From assembly GCA_964653915.1 (NCBI GenBank), contig CAZZGC010000004.1:1-37929 (forward strand): a stretch of 37,929 nucleotides of DNA, read 5' to 3'. Positions 18,987 to 27,760 of this stretch are shown here, piece by piece. Made by a program: the position numbers and the translations under genes. Origin of the DNA: an uncultured Thermodesulfovibrio sp. (lineage in GTDB: Bacteria; Nitrospirota; Thermodesulfovibrionia; UBA6902). Under the pieces are notes generated by a model. The model was not told where the DNA came from. It ran no database searches and saw only the letters and a list, made by a program, of their open reading frames with translations. Every line of letters starts with the position of its first letter. Within the stretch, counting starts at the first letter, position 1.

Positions 18987-20501
18987 TCATTTTTTTCCCA
19001 TACTTCTGAGAGCATCACGCAGGACCTCCCTGTCGTCAAAATGATGCCTTATGCCCCTTACCTCCTGGTAAGTCTCATGTCCCTTGCCGGCCACAAGGAC
19101 AGTGTCACCTGAAGAAGCCATGGCAACGGCATGTCGTATGGCCTCCTCTCTGTTTGGCCGGACCGCAAAATTTTTTCTCTTAATGCCTGCCAGGACATCG
19201 CCTATTATCTTTTCCGGGTCTTCAAATCTCGGATTATCCGAGGTAATGATTACGAAATCGCTGAGTTCCGAAGCTACCCTGCCCATTCTCGGCCTCTTGG
19301 CCCGGTCGCGGTCCCCGCCACAGCCGAAAACGGTTATTATGCGTTTGCGCGTCAACGGCCTTGCAGCGGTTACAAGCTTGTCGAGAGCATCATCGGTGTG
19401 TGCGTAATCGACGATGCAGAGAAAATCCTGCCCCTCATCGACCACCTCGAAACGGCCGTCTACTGCACCGGCTAGGGCAACGCCCTCCTGGATGGCCGAT
19501 CTTTCGATTCCGAGCGCCCTGGCTATCGCGATTGCGGCAAGGACGTTGTAGACATTGAACTTACCTATGAGTGGAGTATTGACCGGAAACTTACCCTCCG
19601 GAGTCGTAACCTCGAATCTCATCCCGGCTGGCATCCGCCCCGCCGAGGTTCCGCTGTCGGGCTCTATCCCGGCTATGCCTGCGGCCCTTATCATGGCGCC
19701 CCTGCCAAGGCCAAAAGTTATAACCGGGCAACCAAGTGTCCCTTCCAGCCCGCGGATTCGGGGATCGTCATGGTTCAAAACCGCCGTTCCCGCATCAGCA
19801 AGCAGGCTGAATATCCTGCTCTTTACCGAAAAGTACTCATCCATCGTTTCATGAAAATCAAGATGATCCTGCGAAAAGTTTGTAAACGCTGCAACACGGA
19901 ATCCGCAACCATCCACCCGCTTAAGTGCCAGAGCATGAGATGAGACCTCGATCACCGCTGCCTGCATGCCGTTATCAACCATTTCAGACAGATACATCTG
20001 AAGGTCCAGTGATTCCGGGGTGGTATTGACTGCATCCGACGTTCTGCTTCCCGTCATGTAGCAGATCGTGCCGAGCAGGCCGGTCCGCCTTTCCGCAGCT
20101 TCCAGAATACGTTTCGTTATGAAACTCGTTGTCGTTTTGCCATTTGTCCCGGTGATGCCGATCAGATCAAGCCTTCCTGACGGATGCCCGTAAAATGACG
20201 ACGATACATGAGCCAGCGCCTCACGGCTGTCCGGCACATCGATACACGCAACATCTCTTGCCGGCGCTGTCCCGATCGATCTGATTTTCTCTACTGCTTT
20301 TTCTCCTATAATGGCAGTAGCCCCCCTGTCCAGAGAATTTTTGATAAAATCGTGGCCGTCCGCCTTAAGGCCTTTGATTGCCACGAACATATAATCTTCC
20401 CTTACCCTCCCGGAATCATATGCGATGCCCCTTATCTCGTGATCATGGTTACCATCAGCCCTCAGCACCTTCAGGCCCTGCAAAAGTTCTCCCAGCCTCA
20501 T
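18987..20501 (-). CDS. murE: UDP-N-acetylmuramoyl-L-alanyl-D-glutamate--2,6-diaminopimelate ligase
   Basis: Mur ligase pattern (GITGTNGKTTT). The DNPR motif (TSDNPRFEDP) is associated with meso-DAP specificity. Confidence 0.95.
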   Translation of the reverse strand: MRLGELLQGLKVLRADGNHDHEIRGIAYDSGRVREDYMFVAIKGLKADGHDFIKNSLDRGATAIIGEKAVEKIRSIGTAPARDVACIDVPDSREALAHVSSSFYGHPSGRLDLIGITGTNGKTTTSFITKRILEAAERRTGLLGTICYMTGSRTSDAVNTTPESLDLQMYLSEMVDNGMQAAVIEVSSHALALKRVDGCGFRVAAFTNFSQDHLDFHETMDEYFSVKSRIFSLLADAGTAVLNHDDPRIRGLEGTLGCPVITFGLGRGAMIRAAGIAGIEPDSGTSAGRMPAGMRFEVTTPEGKFPVNTPLIGKFNVYNVLAAIAIARALGIERSAIQEGVALAGAVDGRFEVVDEGQDFLCIVDYAHTDDALDKLVTAARPLTRKRIITVFGCGGDRDRAKRPRMGRVASELSDFVIITSDNPRFEDPEKIIGDVLAGIKRKNFAVRPNREEAIRHAVAMASSGDTVLVAGKGHETYQEVRGIRHHFDDREVLRDALRSMGKK

Positions 20502-22288
20502 CTGCTGACAAGCACGATTCGGTTTTCATTCTTCTCTACCGGAACTCCCAAATAAGCAAAGGTATCTTCCACTATCTTTCTGAAAACAGGAGCTGCTACG
20601 ATTCCTCCATAAGAAATCTTCTTAGGCTCATATATGACTACGATCAGCGCAAGAACAGGATCGTCGGCAGGTACGAACCCAACAAACGACCCCACGCACC
20701 TCTTTCTTGAATAACGCCCTGTCTTGACATCGAAAATCTGCGCTGTTCCGGTCTTCCCGGCTACAAGGTTCCCGTCGATATATGCCTCGGTAGCTGTTCC
20801 CCCCTCTTCGACAACGGTCTTCAGTATGTCCCGGACCATCACGGCCGTGGATCTGGAAATAACCCGCCTGACTTCCCGTGGCTCCACCCTCTTTATCACT
20901 TCGCCGGAAGAAGACATGATATCGGAAACGATATACGGTTTCATCAGCCGTCCCCCGTTTGCTATTGCGGCATATGCCATAAGCACCTGAAGAGGAGTTA
21001 CCCCTATCTCCTGTCCGATCGAAAGGGCTGCGAGGGAAGTGCCTGACCAGCGGCTCGTATCCCTGAGGATGCCCCGAACCTCGCCGGGGAAGTCTATACC
21101 CGTCTTCTCCCCGAAACCGAACCGTTTAAGATACGAATAGTACTTTTCCGCTCCGAGCATCATACCTATCTTGACCGCGCCGACATTGGACGATTTCTGT
21201 ATGACTTCCCGGAAAGTGAGAATTTCATGCTTGTGGGCGTCGCGAATCCGCTTTCCGCCAACCACGATGTAGCCATCCGAAACGTCGAACTCTTCGTCGA
21301 GACCAACAACCCCCTCTTCTATGGCGGCTGCGGCAAGTATCGACTTCAGCGTAGAACCCGGCTCGTACAGGTCGGTCACCGCCCTGTTGCGTCTCATGTA
21401 ATCCTTCACTCTGCCCGGCATGTTTGGGTCGAAGGTTGGCCTGTTTGCCATTGCGAGGATCTCGCCAGTTGCCGGATTAACCATAATGGCGGATGCGGCC
21501 TTGGCCTTCCATTTTTTCATGGCGGCGCTCAGTTCACGTTCAACTATATCCTGTATCCTCTCATCGATCGTCAGAATCAGACTGTTGCCTGTGGCGGCCT
21601 CTCTGACCTCGCCGTACATACGGTTTCCCCTGGCATCCATACTCACTTCTATACTTCTGGCCTCTCCCCTCAAATACTCATCATACAGGTATTCGAGCCC
21701 CGCAATACCGCGATTGTCGATATTTGTGAAGCCAAGAAGATGCGAAGCGGTACGCTCTTTAGGATAGTAACGTCTCGACTCTGTTATGATGCCGAGAGCG
21801 GCAAGGTCGTATTTCGATTTCAGTTCCTCTATCTTATGCGCTTTTGTGATATCCATTTTTCTTTCTATCCAGAGGAACTGGCTGTCTCTTTTCTTTCGAA
21901 TCTTTCTGTCAAGTTTCCTGTAAGACACTTTCAACACAGGCGCCAGCTTCCTGGTCAGGTCTCGAGGGTTGTCAACCCTCGATGGTACAACATACAGGGA
22001 GTCGGATTCGATATTTGATGCCATTTCCCTCATTCTGCGGTCCCATATGACGCCGCGCTGCGGAGCTATCTTCTTTTCACGGATATATTGACGGGACGCC
22101 CTCTCGACCATTCTGTCATGGTCGATCACCATCAGGTCCACAAGCCTTATCAGAATTACGGCAAAACAGAAAAAGAAGACGGTGAAAATCACCGCCGCCC
22201 TCTTCTTGCACCTCTGCAGCATTACAGCCGAAAAATCCTGATCCCACAGTGTAAATCCCTCGTTTCTCTGTCTCCTCTTTCCGGCCAT
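20498..22288 (-). CDS. ftsI: Division-specific class B penicillin-binding protein (PBP3/FtsI transpeptidase)
   Basis: N-terminal TM anchor. SxxK (STLK), SxN (SSN) and KTG (KTGT) motifs are present. Confidence 0.92.
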   Translation of the reverse strand: MAGKRRQRNEGFTLWDQDFSAVMLQRCKKRAAVIFTVFFFCFAVILIRLVDLMVIDHDRMVERASRQYIREKKIAPQRGVIWDRRMREMASNIESDSLYVVPSRVDNPRDLTRKLAPVLKVSYRKLDRKIRKKRDSQFLWIERKMDITKAHKIEELKSKYDLAALGIITESRRYYPKERTASHLLGFTNIDNRGIAGLEYLYDEYLRGEARSIEVSMDARGNRMYGEVREAATGNSLILTIDERIQDIVERELSAAMKKWKAKAASAIMVNPATGEILAMANRPTFDPNMPGRVKDYMRRNRAVTDLYEPGSTLKSILAAAAIEEGVVGLDEEFDVSDGYIVVGGKRIRDAHKHEILTFREVIQKSSNVGAVKIGMMLGAEKYYSYLKRFGFGEKTGIDFPGEVRGILRDTSRWSGTSLAALSIGQEIGVTPLQVLMAYAAIANGGRLMKPYIVSDIMSSSGEVIKRVEPREVRRVISRSTAVMVRDILKTVVEEGGTATEAYIDGNLVAGKTGTAQIFDVKTGRYSRKRCVGSFVGFVPADDPVLALIVVIYEPKKISYGGIVAAPVFRKIVEDTFAYLGVPVEKNENRIVLVSR

Positions 22289-22336
22289 GGAAGGCTGCCT
22301 CTGTTTTCCTGAATCTCTACCCTGTATTTCTTCTCC

Positions 22337-22660
22337 TTAGTTGCCGGATGCCCTGTAGAGTCCGGCAGGATTCAGCGTGGTTACATAGAAGACGTCGGCC
22401 CTGTCAGGCATTCTCATTCCCAGCTTCCTGGATGCGGTCTGTTCTATCCTGCTTGAAGAGAAGTAGTTGGCCCTCGTGGCCAGCGCCATACGCCTCTCTT
22501 TTACAAGATCGGCCCTGAGATTATTTAGTTTTCCGATTTCGTACTCGAGACCGATTACACTGGCCCTGATCCATACAATCCCGAACATGCAGAGGGCGAT
22601 ATAGGCAAAGATGCCGACCCTGACAAGAACCGTTTTTCTGCTCTTCTTTCTCCGGCGCAT
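22337..22660 (-). CDS. ftsL: Cell division protein FtsL-like
   Basis: 107-aa bitopic protein with a basic N-terminus, one TM segment and a short coiled region. It sits in the canonical position between rsmH and ftsI, with a TAATG overlap with rsmH. Confidence 0.7.
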   Translation of the reverse strand: MRRRKKSRKTVLVRVGIFAYIALCMFGIVWIRASVIGLEYEIGKLNNLRADLVKERRMALATRANYFSSSRIEQTASRKLGMRMPDRADVFYVTTLNPAGLYRASGN

Positions 22661-23538
22661 TACTGCAACCTCTCGATCGCACGGAGTCTTGCGCTCCGTG
22701 ATGAAGGGTTAATACGTTTCTCTTCTTCATCAGGTCTGAGCGGTTTCCTGGTCAGAGATATAAAGTCCCCGTCTTTCACCATCGACCTGAATGTATGCTT
22801 TACGATCCTGTCCTCCAGCGAGTGATAACACAGTACGCAGAATCTTCCCCGGACGTTAAGGATTCCGGCTCCGGCTGTTAATGCGGCCTGGAGCTCTTCA
22901 AGCTCGCCATTCACCGCTATTCTCAGCGCCTGAAACGTGCGTGTTGCCGGATGAATCCTGCCCCGCCTGCCTATAACTTTTTCGATGATACCGGAAAGTT
23001 CCCGGCATGTATTTATTCCCCTCCTCGCCCTTGCCCGTACAATGGCGCGAGCTATCCTCCTGCTGCGCCTTTCCTCTCCGTATTTCCAGATAATATCCGC
23101 TATCTCCTTTTCCGGGTAGCGGTTGACGATATCCGCAGCAGTAAGCTCCTGACCGGAATCCATTCTCATATCGAGTGGGGCATCTGCCAGAAAACCGAAT
23201 CCCCGACCGGGAGTCTTCAACTGCATCATCGATGTACCGGCATCAAGGAGGATACCATCCACCCCGTCAAAGCCCGCATGCTCCATCACATCACGCATCC
23301 GGGAAAACCTCTCTTTTGCAATATGGACATTTACGTAGTCGCGCAGTTTCTTCCGGGACATGGCAACGGCATCTTCATCACGGTCAATGCCTATGAGAGC
23401 ACAGCCGGGAGCAGCCTCAAGTATCGCCAGGGCATGGCCACCTGCTCCCAAAGTCGCATCGAGATAAACACCGTCTTTTTTAGGTTCAAGAATCTTCAAA
23501 ACTTCCTCCACCATAACAGGGACATGAACCTCTCCCAT
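22660..23538 (-). CDS. rsmH: 16S rRNA (cytosine1402-N4)-methyltransferase
   Basis: HVPVM..., DATLGAGGH, DLG(V/T)S-like SAM-MTase pattern. Canonical position after mraZ. Confidence 0.95.
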   Translation of the reverse strand: MGEVHVPVMVEEVLKILEPKKDGVYLDATLGAGGHALAILEAAPGCALIGIDRDEDAVAMSRKKLRDYVNVHIAKERFSRMRDVMEHAGFDGVDGILLDAGTSMMQLKTPGRGFGFLADAPLDMRMDSGQELTAADIVNRYPEKEIADIIWKYGEERRSRRIARAIVRARARRGINTCRELSGIIEKVIGRRGRIHPATRTFQALRIAVNGELEELQAALTAGAGILNVRGRFCVLCYHSLEDRIVKHTFRSMVKDGDFISLTRKPLRPDEEEKRINPSSRSARLRAIERLQ

Positions 23539-23540
23539 GT

Positions 23541-23993
23541 CTAAAGGCCGAATCCCGCAAGCCTCTCCTTGAACGCCGGCAGATCAATTCTGGCCGGATC
23601 GGCGAAATCCTCATGTCTGCTCCTGTCCCATATCTCCAGCTTCGTTCCCAGACCGAGAATCACCACTTCACCGTCAAGCCCGGCATCGACTCTCAATGCA
23701 GGAGATACCAGCACCCGGCCCTGCTTGTCTATTTCGCACTCTACAGCGGAACCCACAACACGTCTCATGTAGAACTTCACCGAGTCGTCCGTCTGGGGAA
23801 GACGGCTCGCCGTATCTACAAGCTTCTGCCATTCTGTAGCGGGATAGGCGCATATGCACGGATCGAATGCATCAAGTGTTATAATTAACTTGGACGAATG
23901 ATTGGAGGAAAGAATTTCACGGAAAGGTGCTGGTATGATTAGTCTCCCTTTGGAGTCAAGCGATTTGTAATGTTTTCCTGAAAATCCTATCAC
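23541..23993 (-). CDS. mraZ: Transcriptional regulator MraZ
   Basis: Two SpoVT/AbrB-like DxxGR repeats (LDSKGRLIIP, IDKQGRVLVS). The start is moved to the GTG at 23993, giving MIGFSGKHYKSLDSKGR, which matches the usual MFxG..LDxKGR N-terminus. The track start at 24062 is the TTG of the -35 hexamer. Confidence 0.9.
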   Translation of the reverse strand: MIGFSGKHYKSLDSKGRLIIPAPFREILSSNHSSKLIITLDAFDPCICAYPATEWQKLVDTASRLPQTDDSVKFYMRRVVGSAVECEIDKQGRVLVSPALRVDAGLDGEVVILGLGTKLEIWDRSRHEDFADPARIDLPAFKERLAGFGL

Positions 23994-24023
23994 CCTTCTC
24001 CACCTTCCTCCACTTTCCACCAC
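23991..24023 (-). promoter_or_regulatory. Candidate MraZ operator: GTGG boxes at exact 10-nt phasing
   Basis: The minus strand reads GTGGTGGAAA GTGGAGGAAG GTGGAGAAGG GTG(start). GTGG begins at 24023, 24013 and 24003, directly downstream of the predicted -10. Confidence 0.5.
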
Positions 24024-24033
24024 CAATGTGTTA

Positions 24034-24062
24034 AGTATAGTTATCATGGAAAGTCTTGTCAA
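24034..24062 (-). promoter_or_regulatory. Pmra-like sigma70 promoter TTGACA-N17-TATACT
   Basis: The minus strand reads TTGACA (24062..24057), a 17-nt spacer, and TATACT (24039..24034). The predicted TSS is near 24027, about 34 nt before the GTG start of mraZ. Confidence 0.6.
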
Positions 24063-24128
24063 GAAAAAAATTTAATTTTTCAACAATTTCCACATTTTGT
24101 GGTGAATAAGTACCTAAACCCCAAAATA

Positions 24129-24177
24129 TAGAGTTTAGAGTATAGAGTGTGGAGGTTAGAATGTGGAGTTTGGAGCT
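24129..24177 (+). repeat. Second heptamer family: 7 tandem T(A/G)GAGNN units upstream of xerD
   Basis: TAGAGTT TAGAGTA TAGAGTG TGGAGGT TAGAATG TGGAGTT TGGAGCT, read in strict 7-nt register. Confidence 0.85.
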
Positions 24178-24186
24178 GACAAGCAC

Positions 24187-24262
24187 CTACTGCCTACTTT
24201 CTTTCCCGCCTTTCCCGCCTTTCCCGCTTTTCCCGCTCTTCTCGCTTTTCCCGCCTTTCCCC
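24187..24262 (+). repeat. Composite repeat copy: 2 heptamers plus about 7 tandem CTTTCCCGC nonamers
   Basis: CTACTGC CTACTTT, then CTTTCCCGC x3, TTTTCCCGC, TCTTCTCGC, TTTTCCCGC, CTTTCCCC. The array abuts the TTGATT hexamer at 24263. Confidence 0.9.
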
Positions 24263-24291
24263 TTGATTCCGTGCTCTTTATTATGTAAGCT
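24263..24291 (+). promoter_or_regulatory. Candidate xerD promoter TTGATT-N17-TAAGCT
   Basis: The hexamers have 17-nt spacing, and the ATG at 24301 lies 9 nt after the -10. There is no convincing SD. Confidence 0.35.
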
Positions 24292-24300
24292 GAGAAATTG

Positions 24301-25176
24301 ATGCAGGAAATACTGAAGCTTTACTTTAACTACCTCACTGTCGAAAAGGGCCTGTCGGCGAACACGATCGAGTCATACCGCAGAGACCTGACAAAACTCA
24401 GCTCATTTCTTGATGATAAAAATAAAGGGATCAGGGAGTTCTCTCGTGCCGACATATCCTCGTTTATCGAGAAACTGCGCAACGACGGCCTTCAGAATTC
24501 GTCCATTGCACGAATGATCGCAGCCCTTAGGGGATTCTGCAGATTCCTCCTGACGGAAGGATTGATAGAAGAAGACCCGATAGAAAACCTCTCCACACCG
24601 CGGGGTTGGAAAAAAATTCCACGTATAATCGGCGTCAACGATGTGATTACGCTCATCGAAAAACCAGGCGGGAAACCGCTCTCCCGGAGGGACAGGGCGA
24701 TACTTGAGATCATGTATTCATCCGGGCTCAGGGCAAGCGAACTGGTAAATCTCAAAATCGATGATCTAAACTTCGAAGCAGGATTTATCACTGTGAGGGG
24801 GAAAGGCATGAAGGAACGCATTGTTCCCGTTCATGAACAGGCTCTTGAGTGCATCACTGAGTATATGCAAAACTCAAGACCACGCCTTCTGGGCAAGAGA
24901 AGCAGTCCCTATCTCTTCCTTGCAAAAGGCGGGAAAAAAATGACGCGGCAGAGGCTCTGGCAGATAATAAAAACATACTCTGCAGGTCTGTCCGAAAATG
25001 TCTCACCCCATACATTAAGACACTGTTTTGCAAGTCATCTCCTTGACGGCGGCGCAGATCTGAGGGTGCTTCAGAAGATGCTCGGGCATGCAGATATCTC
25101 CACTACCCAGATATACACGAGCGTCACGCCTGAACGCCTGAGAAAAATCCATAAAAATCACCACCCACGCGGCTGA
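24301..25176 (+). CDS. xerD: Tyrosine site-specific recombinase XerD
   Basis: The N-terminal SAM-like domain (GLSANTIESYRRDL), catalytic R..HxxR..Y, and a C-terminus ISTTQIYTSVTPERLRKIHKNHHPRG that closely resembles E. coli XerD. The ATG at 24301 is preferred over the TTG at 24298. Confidence 0.85.
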   Translation: MQEILKLYFNYLTVEKGLSANTIESYRRDLTKLSSFLDDKNKGIREFSRADISSFIEKLRNDGLQNSSIARMIAALRGFCRFLLTEGLIEEDPIENLSTPRGWKKIPRIIGVNDVITLIEKPGGKPLSRRDRAILEIMYSSGLRASELVNLKIDDLNFEAGFITVRGKGMKERIVPVHEQALECITEYMQNSRPRLLGKRSSPYLFLAKGGKKMTRQRLWQIIKTYSAGLSENVSPHTLRHCFASHLLDGGADLRVLQKMLGHADISTTQIYTSVTPERLRKIHKNHHPRG

Positions 25177-25245
25177 AACCTCATAGCGTAACATACGGCC
25201 AAAGTTTGCTTTTTTCCCTGAATCATGTATCATTTAAAATTGGTG

Positions 25246-25280
25246 GGAAGCTTAGAGCTTAGAGTTCGGAGTTTAGCGAT
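25246..25280 (+). repeat. Second heptamer family: about 5 tandem units downstream of xerD and upstream of the Lon-like gene
   Basis: GGAAGCT TAGAGCT TAGAGTT CGGAGTT TAGCGAT, in the same orientation and register as 24129..24177. Confidence 0.8.
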
Positions 25281-25294
25281 AGGTGGTAAGTTAA

Positions 25295-27760
25295 ATGTTA
25301 AAGAGAGTTTCCAAAGATCAACTGTACCGCTGTTGTAAACCCTCGGAACTGCCGATCAGGACATCCGCAGATCTGGAGCCCCTTACGGAGACGATCGGCC
25401 AGAAACGCGCACTGAGGGCTCTCGACTTCGGTCTCGGCATCGACAGCCACGGCTTCAACATCTACATTCTGGGGGAAAGCGGAACCGGCAAGCTAACAAC
25501 CATAAAGAAAATCCTGGAAGAGAAGGCTGCAAAGGAAGCGGTCCCGAACGACTGGTGCTACGTCTACAACTTCAAAAACAAAGACGTGCCGCATGCCCTT
25601 AGTCTTCCACCGGGAACTGGATTGCGTTTCCAGAAAGATATAGATGAACTGATCAATGTCCTCAGGCAGGAGATCCCCAAGATATTCGAATCTAAAGAGT
25701 ACGAAAAACAGAAGACAAAGATACTCGAGGAGTTTCAGAGGCATCAGAAGCAGAGATTCGAAGAGATAGAAAAAGAGGCAAGAAGCAAGGACTTCACACT
25801 CAGAAAGACTGTAAGCGGGCTCATACTCGTGCCGGTAAAAAAGACGGGAGAGGCCCTGAGCGAGGAAGAATACGAAAGTCTCGAACCGGATGTAAAAAAG
25901 AAAGTTGAGGCGATCGGCAAGGAACTCCAGGACAAGCTCGACGACGTCATCCGCGTAGTGCGCGAACAGGAAAAGAAGATCAAGGAGATGATGGAGCAGC
26001 TAGAACGGGAGGCGACCCTCTCCTCTGTCGGCCACAGGATAGAATCACTTAAGACCAAATATCATGACAACGAGGCGGTCTGCAGATATCTCGATCAGGT
26101 AAAGGAAGACATCCTCGAACATCTGGAAGACTTCAAACCGCAGGAGGAACAGCCGTCGCCGTTGCCCTTTCTTAAACAACCCAAATCCGAGCCCGCTTTC
26201 AACCGGTACGCGGTCAATGTCTTCGTAAACAACAGCGACATGAAGGGCGCTCCCGTGGTAATCGAAAGCAACCCGACCTACTACAACCTCTTTGGCAGGG
26301 TAGAACACAAACTGCAGTATGGGGTGGCGATGACCGACTTTACTATGATAAAGGCCGGTTCACTTCAGATGGCAAACGGCGGCTATCTCGTAATAGATGC
26401 GCTTGAGCTGCTGAAAAACATATTCGCCTATGACGCGATAAAAAGGACGATCAAAGACAGGGAAATCAGAATAGAAGATGTATGGGAGCAGTACAGGCTG
26501 GTATCCACCGTGACACTCAGACCGGAGGCTATCCCATTTAACGTAAAGATCATCCTCGTCGGCAACCCCCGGCTCTATTACCTGCTGTACAATCTCGATG
26601 AGGAGTACCGCGAGCTGTTCAAGGTGAAGGCGGACTATGAAAACCGGATGGACCGCACCGCCGAAAATATTCTGAAGTACGCGGCCTTTGTCAGGACGAA
26701 GTGCGAAGAGCGCGGACTCCAGCCCTTTGACAGGAATGCGATTGCCAGAGTAATAGAATACGGATCAAGGCTCGCCGAACACCAGAACAAGCTCTCGGCG
26801 AAGTTCAGTGAGATAGCCGATCTGCTGAGAGAGGCAGATTACTGGGCGAGGAGAAACGGCAGCGGCATCGTCACTGCTGATAATGTAATAAAAGCGATTC
26901 AGGAAAAGATATACCGTTGCAATAAGGTTGAACAGAAGATCATCGAGGCCACGAGGGAGGGAACTATCCTCATGGATACGAGGGGAGCGGTTACCGGCCA
27001 GGTAAACGGTCTGTCGGTCATAGACCTTGGTGATTACAGGTTTGGCACACCGTCCCGCATCACCGCAAGGACCTATGCAGGACGTGCCGGAATCGTCAAC
27101 ATTGAACGCGAAACCAAGATGAGCGGCAAGATTCACGAAAAGGCGATTCTTATCCTTACCGGTTATCTGGGAGGCAAATACGCCCTGAAGCAGACACTCA
27201 GCCTGACAGCATCCCTTACCTTCGAGCAGCTTTACGGAGGCATAGAGGGTGACAGCGCTACGTGCGCGGAGGTGTATGCGTTGTTGAGCAGCATATCCGG
27301 CGTGCCGCTCAAACAGTCCTTCGCCGTCACAGGTTCAATGAATCAGCACGGCGAAGTTCAGCCTATCGGGGGAGTGAACGAGAAGATCGAGGGGTTCTTT
27401 GAGATATGCAAGCTCTCCGGTCTGGACGGCAGTCACGGGGTCATAATACCAAAACGAAATCTTATCAACCTCATGCTCAACGATGAGGTAACAGAGGCGG
27501 TAAAGGCAAAGAAGTTTCATATCTATTCCATAGAACATGTCGAAGACGGCATTGAACTGCTGACCGGCATGAAGCCCGGCAAAATGAAGGCGGACGGTAC
27601 ATACCCGGCAGGTACATTCAACTACCTGGTAGCCAAAAAACTCAGGGAGCTTTCCGATACGCTCAAGGGCGAAAAGGGGGCGGAGGAAAACAACAAAGGC
27701 GGGAAGAAAAACAACGACAAGAATGAAGCAAAGAAAAAGAATTCTCATCCGGAGCGTTAA
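25295..27760 (+). CDS. Lon-like ATP-dependent serine protease (AAA_32/COG1067-type) with a long coiled-coil insertion
   Basis: Walker A GESGTGKLT. A highly charged E/K-rich insertion spans about aa 115-290. Walker B-like YLVIDA. The Lon protease domain has a GDSAT serine and a GGVNEKIEGF lysine. The tail is K/N-rich. Confidence 0.85.
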   Translation: MLKRVSKDQLYRCCKPSELPIRTSADLEPLTETIGQKRALRALDFGLGIDSHGFNIYILGESGTGKLTTIKKILEEKAAKEAVPNDWCYVYNFKNKDVPHALSLPPGTGLRFQKDIDELINVLRQEIPKIFESKEYEKQKTKILEEFQRHQKQRFEEIEKEARSKDFTLRKTVSGLILVPVKKTGEALSEEEYESLEPDVKKKVEAIGKELQDKLDDVIRVVREQEKKIKEMMEQLEREATLSSVGHRIESLKTKYHDNEAVCRYLDQVKEDILEHLEDFKPQEEQPSPLPFLKQPKSEPAFNRYAVNVFVNNSDMKGAPVVIESNPTYYNLFGRVEHKLQYGVAMTDFTMIKAGSLQMANGGYLVIDALELLKNIFAYDAIKRTIKDREIRIEDVWEQYRLVSTVTLRPEAIPFNVKIILVGNPRLYYLLYNLDEEYRELFKVKADYENRMDRTAENILKYAAFVRTKCEERGLQPFDRNAIARVIEYGSRLAEHQNKLSAKFSEIADLLREADYWARRNGSGIVTADNVIKAIQEKIYRCNKVEQKIIEATREGTILMDTRGAVTGQVNGLSVIDLGDYRFGTPSRITARTYAGRAGIVNIERETKMSGKIHEKAILILTGYLGGKYALKQTLSLTASLTFEQLYGGIEGDSATCAEVYALLSSISGVPLKQSFAVTGSMNQHGEVQPIGGVNEKIEGFFEICKLSGLDGSHGVIIPKRNLINLMLNDEVTEAVKAKKFHIYSIEHVEDGIELLTGMKPGKMKADGTYPAGTFNYLVAKKLRELSDTLKGEKGAEENNKGGKKNNDKNEAKKKNSHPER

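Noticed and set aside
23994-24062. The 23-residue N-terminal extension of mraZ in the ORF track, from the TTG start at 24062.
   Set aside because: That TTG is the first half of a consensus TTGACA -35 hexamer. The extension covers the -10 box and the GTGG boxes and has no counterpart in MraZ proteins.
24129-24262. Whether the 7- and 9-nt tandem arrays here, and at the other repeat loci, could be CRISPR arrays.
   Set aside because: The units are directly abutting with no spacers, are far shorter than CRISPR repeats, and no cas genes are present.
24277-24291. A dif-like half site (TTATGTAAGCT versus the XerD arm TTATGTTAAAT) just upstream of xerD.
   Set aside because: There is no matching XerC arm at the required 6-nt spacing. 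The sequence is better explained as the promoter spacer and -10.
25295-27760. The Lon-like protease as BrxL of a BREX defence system.
   Set aside because: No pglX/pglZ/brxABC-like genes flank it. Its neighbours are xerD and LPS core genes.
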